A DNA stretch of 64,000 nt from Selaginella moellendorffii. Its lineage: Eukaryota; Plantae; Lycopodiophyta. Both the position numbers and the translations under genes were made by a program. Below, piece by piece: positions 61,434-64,000 of the stretch. The notes beneath the pieces were generated by a model, which worked only from the letters and a program-made list of their open reading frames with translations, was not told where the DNA came from and did no database searches. Every line of letters starts with the position of its first letter. The stretch's first letter is position 1. Where the stretch lies: NCBI RefSeq assembly GCF_000143415.4, contig NW_003314268.1, forward strand, positions 3,294,559 through 3,358,558, given 5' to 3'.

Positions 61434-61836
61434 AAGTATCAATTTGTAAAGTTGAGGAATGGCATATGTTGGGACCCAAAGGCATGCCAAAGGTAAGCTA
61501 ATTAGCATGGGTTAGCTAGGTCGACTAGATGTAGAGAACTACACCCGACTCCCCGCAGGGATGTTGAATTCGTAGACGTATTTTATATAGGTTGGGTTCA
61601 AGTCCCAACCCTCTAGTAAAGCAAGGCTGGGTTCAAGTCCTAACCCCATACTAAGGCGTGGTGAGGTGAGGGTTATAGTGACACCTATATTCCGTTGTCA
61701 TGGGCTCTTGGCCGAGGAGGATAACTTAGGCATACTACTAAGTGGGGGGATGCCCTCAGAGACATGGTCAACAAGTTGTAGAATTAAAAAGAGACGTTCA
61801 ATGTGGGCATTGAACTTCTTTTATGGGTGGTAGAAT

Positions 61837-62964
61837 TGTAAGGAACCAACTCCCCGAGGTGTTGTAGGCTAAAGGATCTGATAAAGAGTTCATCAAATGG
61901 GACCGAGTCTGAGATCAAGTCCAAGACCGACTCTAAGACTGAGTTCAAGATAGAGTTTGGGATTGAGTCCAAGGTTGACTTCGAGACCGAGTTCGAGACC
62001 GAGTTTGAGACAGAGTCTGAGATCCGAGATTGGGTCCGAGACCGAGTTTGAGATCAAGTTCGAGGTCGAGTTCGAGATTGGGTCTGAGGTCGAGTCTGAG
62101 ACCGAGTCCGAGATCGGGTTCGAGATCGAGTCCGAGATCGAGTCCAAGACCGAGTTCAAGTGCTAATACAGGTCGAGGGGTGAAAGCCCAAAGCATGTGT
62201 CTCCTGGGGGGGGAAGTTATAGGGGGTTCTAAAGTTATAGTAGGGATAGTGAGGTCTAGGAACCAATCTTGAAGAAATTCTCTAGTGGTGCTTTCAAACT
62301 AACTTGAGGTTGAGACTGGGGCCAAAGGGCCTTAGGTGGGAGTGAACATGGACTCAGGTGGTGCTAGAGGGGCCACCCAAAGAAATGCTCAAGAGCAGCT
62401 CCCACTCCCAGAAGGGAAACCGACTGTGGTGCTCCCGGGTCATGTGGAGTGGTGCCCCACTTGAGTACCTTGCGGCTCATTGGTCCTCACCCTTCTTAGG
62501 GGCTTAGGCCTTCCCTTTAGGATGGAAATGGGGGGGGGGGGGGGGTTGGTGTTGGTGGTAGAGGTACCCATACTAGGCCGTTAGGCCACGGTGTTTCCCC
62601 CTGGTGTCCCGAAGCAAGTGTTGCACCCAAGGTTTGGGATTTAGAGGGTCCCATGATCAAGTCTTGTTGTACCAAAGGATGTTAGGAACTTGGAGGCTTG
62701 GTGTGCTTGGCTTCTTGTGCTTGCGGGGAGTGTAACCGAACCTTAAGTTTAATCTAACTTAGAGAGGGGGATTAGGAGAGATTTGGGAATCCATGGATAG
62801 ATGGTTAATGCTTTATTGCTCGTGCAGTGACTAATTGAAACCGAGTAAAACCAAGTAGAAGTTGGTACAATAGGCAGGAACCTTGGCAAGGGAACTTAGA
62901 TAAAACCAAGGCTGTGTTGGTCGGATAAACAAGGTAAGCTAACAAATGGGAAAGGAAAAATTTG
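61837..62964 (+). repeat. 3' LTR (family A), last ~8 nt missing
   Basis: Starts tgtaaggaaccaactcc after purine-rich atgggtggtagaat; ends ggaaaaatttg without the terminal tggcttaca. Confidence 0.88.
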
Positions 62965-63281
62965 CTTTGGGCTTTCACCCCAAGCTTCCCTTAGTATCAG
63001 GAGTTAGTCTTTGGGACAAGCTCAAAACTTACTAATTATGGAATGTCTCATAGATTGCGAATTTGGATACAAGACGAATACTGGTGTGTTCAGGACAATT
63101 TCTACATTCTATAGATATGCTAAATAAGCAAATCTAAACACTTTCCATAAATAGCATTTGGGACCGAAATGAGACTAACACAAAGAGCATGATAGTGAAG
63201 GTGTTTGGCAGACATGGTAAGCTATCATCTAGCAATATTGAGGGACTAATCTCAATATGTGAGGGTTTTTGTCAAGCTAAT
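62965..63281 (-). mobile_element. Continuation of the interrupted family 'B' LTR
   Basis: ctttgggctttcaccccaagc... aligns with 155-467. Confidence 0.75.
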
Positions 63282-63808
63282 TGTCGCGAATGTGACTTCG
63301 GGTATCGAAAATTACCTGTCGACTAGTCCTTACGGACACTCTTACCTTACTGCCACGACGGCAGGAGGTCGGTATTGCTGGACCCTTTATCAGTCCCTCT
63401 TGTGCTAGTGGAGTTAACTAGGCATTTCGAGTGTACTTAGACCGAAATGAGACTAACACAAAGGGCATGATAGCGAGGGTGTTTGGCAGACATGGTAAGC
63501 TATCATGTAGCGATATTGAGGGACCAATCTCAATACGCGAGGGTTCTTGTCACTAGCCAGTGCAAGACATAACAAGATGGGAACTCCTTACCGGGCTAAG
63601 TATGCTTAGCTAATAACACGTAGGAATTCCGTCCTTATGCTCGTCCGGTCTAAGTACACTCGAAATGCCCAGTTAACTCCACTAGCACAAGAGAGACTGA
63701 TAAAGGGTCCAGCAATACCGACCTCCTGCCGTCGTGGCAATAAGGTAAGAGTGTCCGTAAGGACTAGTCGACAGGTAACTTTCGATACCCGAAGTCACAT
63801 TCGCGACA
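63282..63808 (-). mobile_element. Young family 'B' 3' LTR variant with 163-bp terminal inverted repeats
   Basis: 63282-63444 is the reverse complement of 63646-63808 with 4 mismatches; TG...CA ends; polypurine tract (aagggggggagag on the minus strand) at 63809-63821. Confidence 0.85.
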
Positions 63809-64000
63809 CTCTCCCCCCCTTGGGAAGATCGACGTCCTCGTCGATGCATACTCGAGTCTAGAATACCGCCAAGGAAACAACTCCAGAAAAAGTTCACGGT
63901 ACTTACATTATGTGAGAAATGCACCAACTTAAATGAGTTAGGGGGAACCTCTTTGTCTAATGCGGATGCGCTACCAGCTCAGACACCTTCCGGCGGTCGC
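63809..64000 (-). mobile_element. PPT and 3' internal region of the family B element (continues beyond the window)
   Basis: Minus strand reads gaggacgtcgatcttcccaagggggggagag|TGT, a typical gypsy PPT-LTR junction. Confidence 0.7.

Larger units (their letters stand above)
55537..62964 (+). mobile_element. Decayed near-full-length Ty3/gypsy chromovirus LTR retrotransposon
   Basis: 5' LTR 55537-56642 (TG...CA), PBS, gag with zinc knuckle (CFNCSEIGHF), protease (ILIDMGA), RT (YIDNILI), RNase H, integrase and chromodomain; 3' LTR from 61837; many in-frame stops. Confidence 0.93.

Noticed and set aside
61560-61700. tRNA gene or hammerhead ribozyme
   Set aside because: No D-arm, anticodon or acceptor stem, and no CUGANGA/GAAA core; only T-arm hairpins are supported.

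Overview
Eukaryotic plant nuclear DNA. The very short GT-AG introns (about 45-80 nt), extreme gene density and gene content point to a lycophyte such as Selaginella; this is inference from architecture, not a database hit. A gene-dense core (~5.1-51.7 kb) holds 16 protein-coding genes: BEACH-domain protein, histidine phosphotransfer protein, peroxisomal MFP, HMA protein, PPD6, a divergent AUX1/LAX permease, an atypical SDR, PSRP1, an SLC35F/EamA transporter, RopGEF, a GSL1/GSL5-type callose synthase, a Vps62/DUF946-like three-repeat protein, a HotDog thioesterase, an NHL/LEA_2 protein, a tiny BELL-derived TALE homeodomain protein and a CRAL-TRIO/GDAP2-like protein. Both flanks (1-3.4 kb and 52-64 kb) are nests of Ty3/gypsy LTR retroelements, including a near-complete but decayed chromovirus. 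Highlights: a 142-aa TALE protein lacking partner-interaction domains; a stand-alone putative beta-tripod protein; a 527-bp LTR whose two ends are a 163-bp inverted repeat; four co-oriented genes separated by only 81-174 bp; an intron-rich GSL5-clade gene with a 3' intron deficit and a CpG-decayed genomic copy 35 kb away; and twin T-loop/B-box hairpins in the retroelement 3' region. Exon boundaries were inferred by eye.
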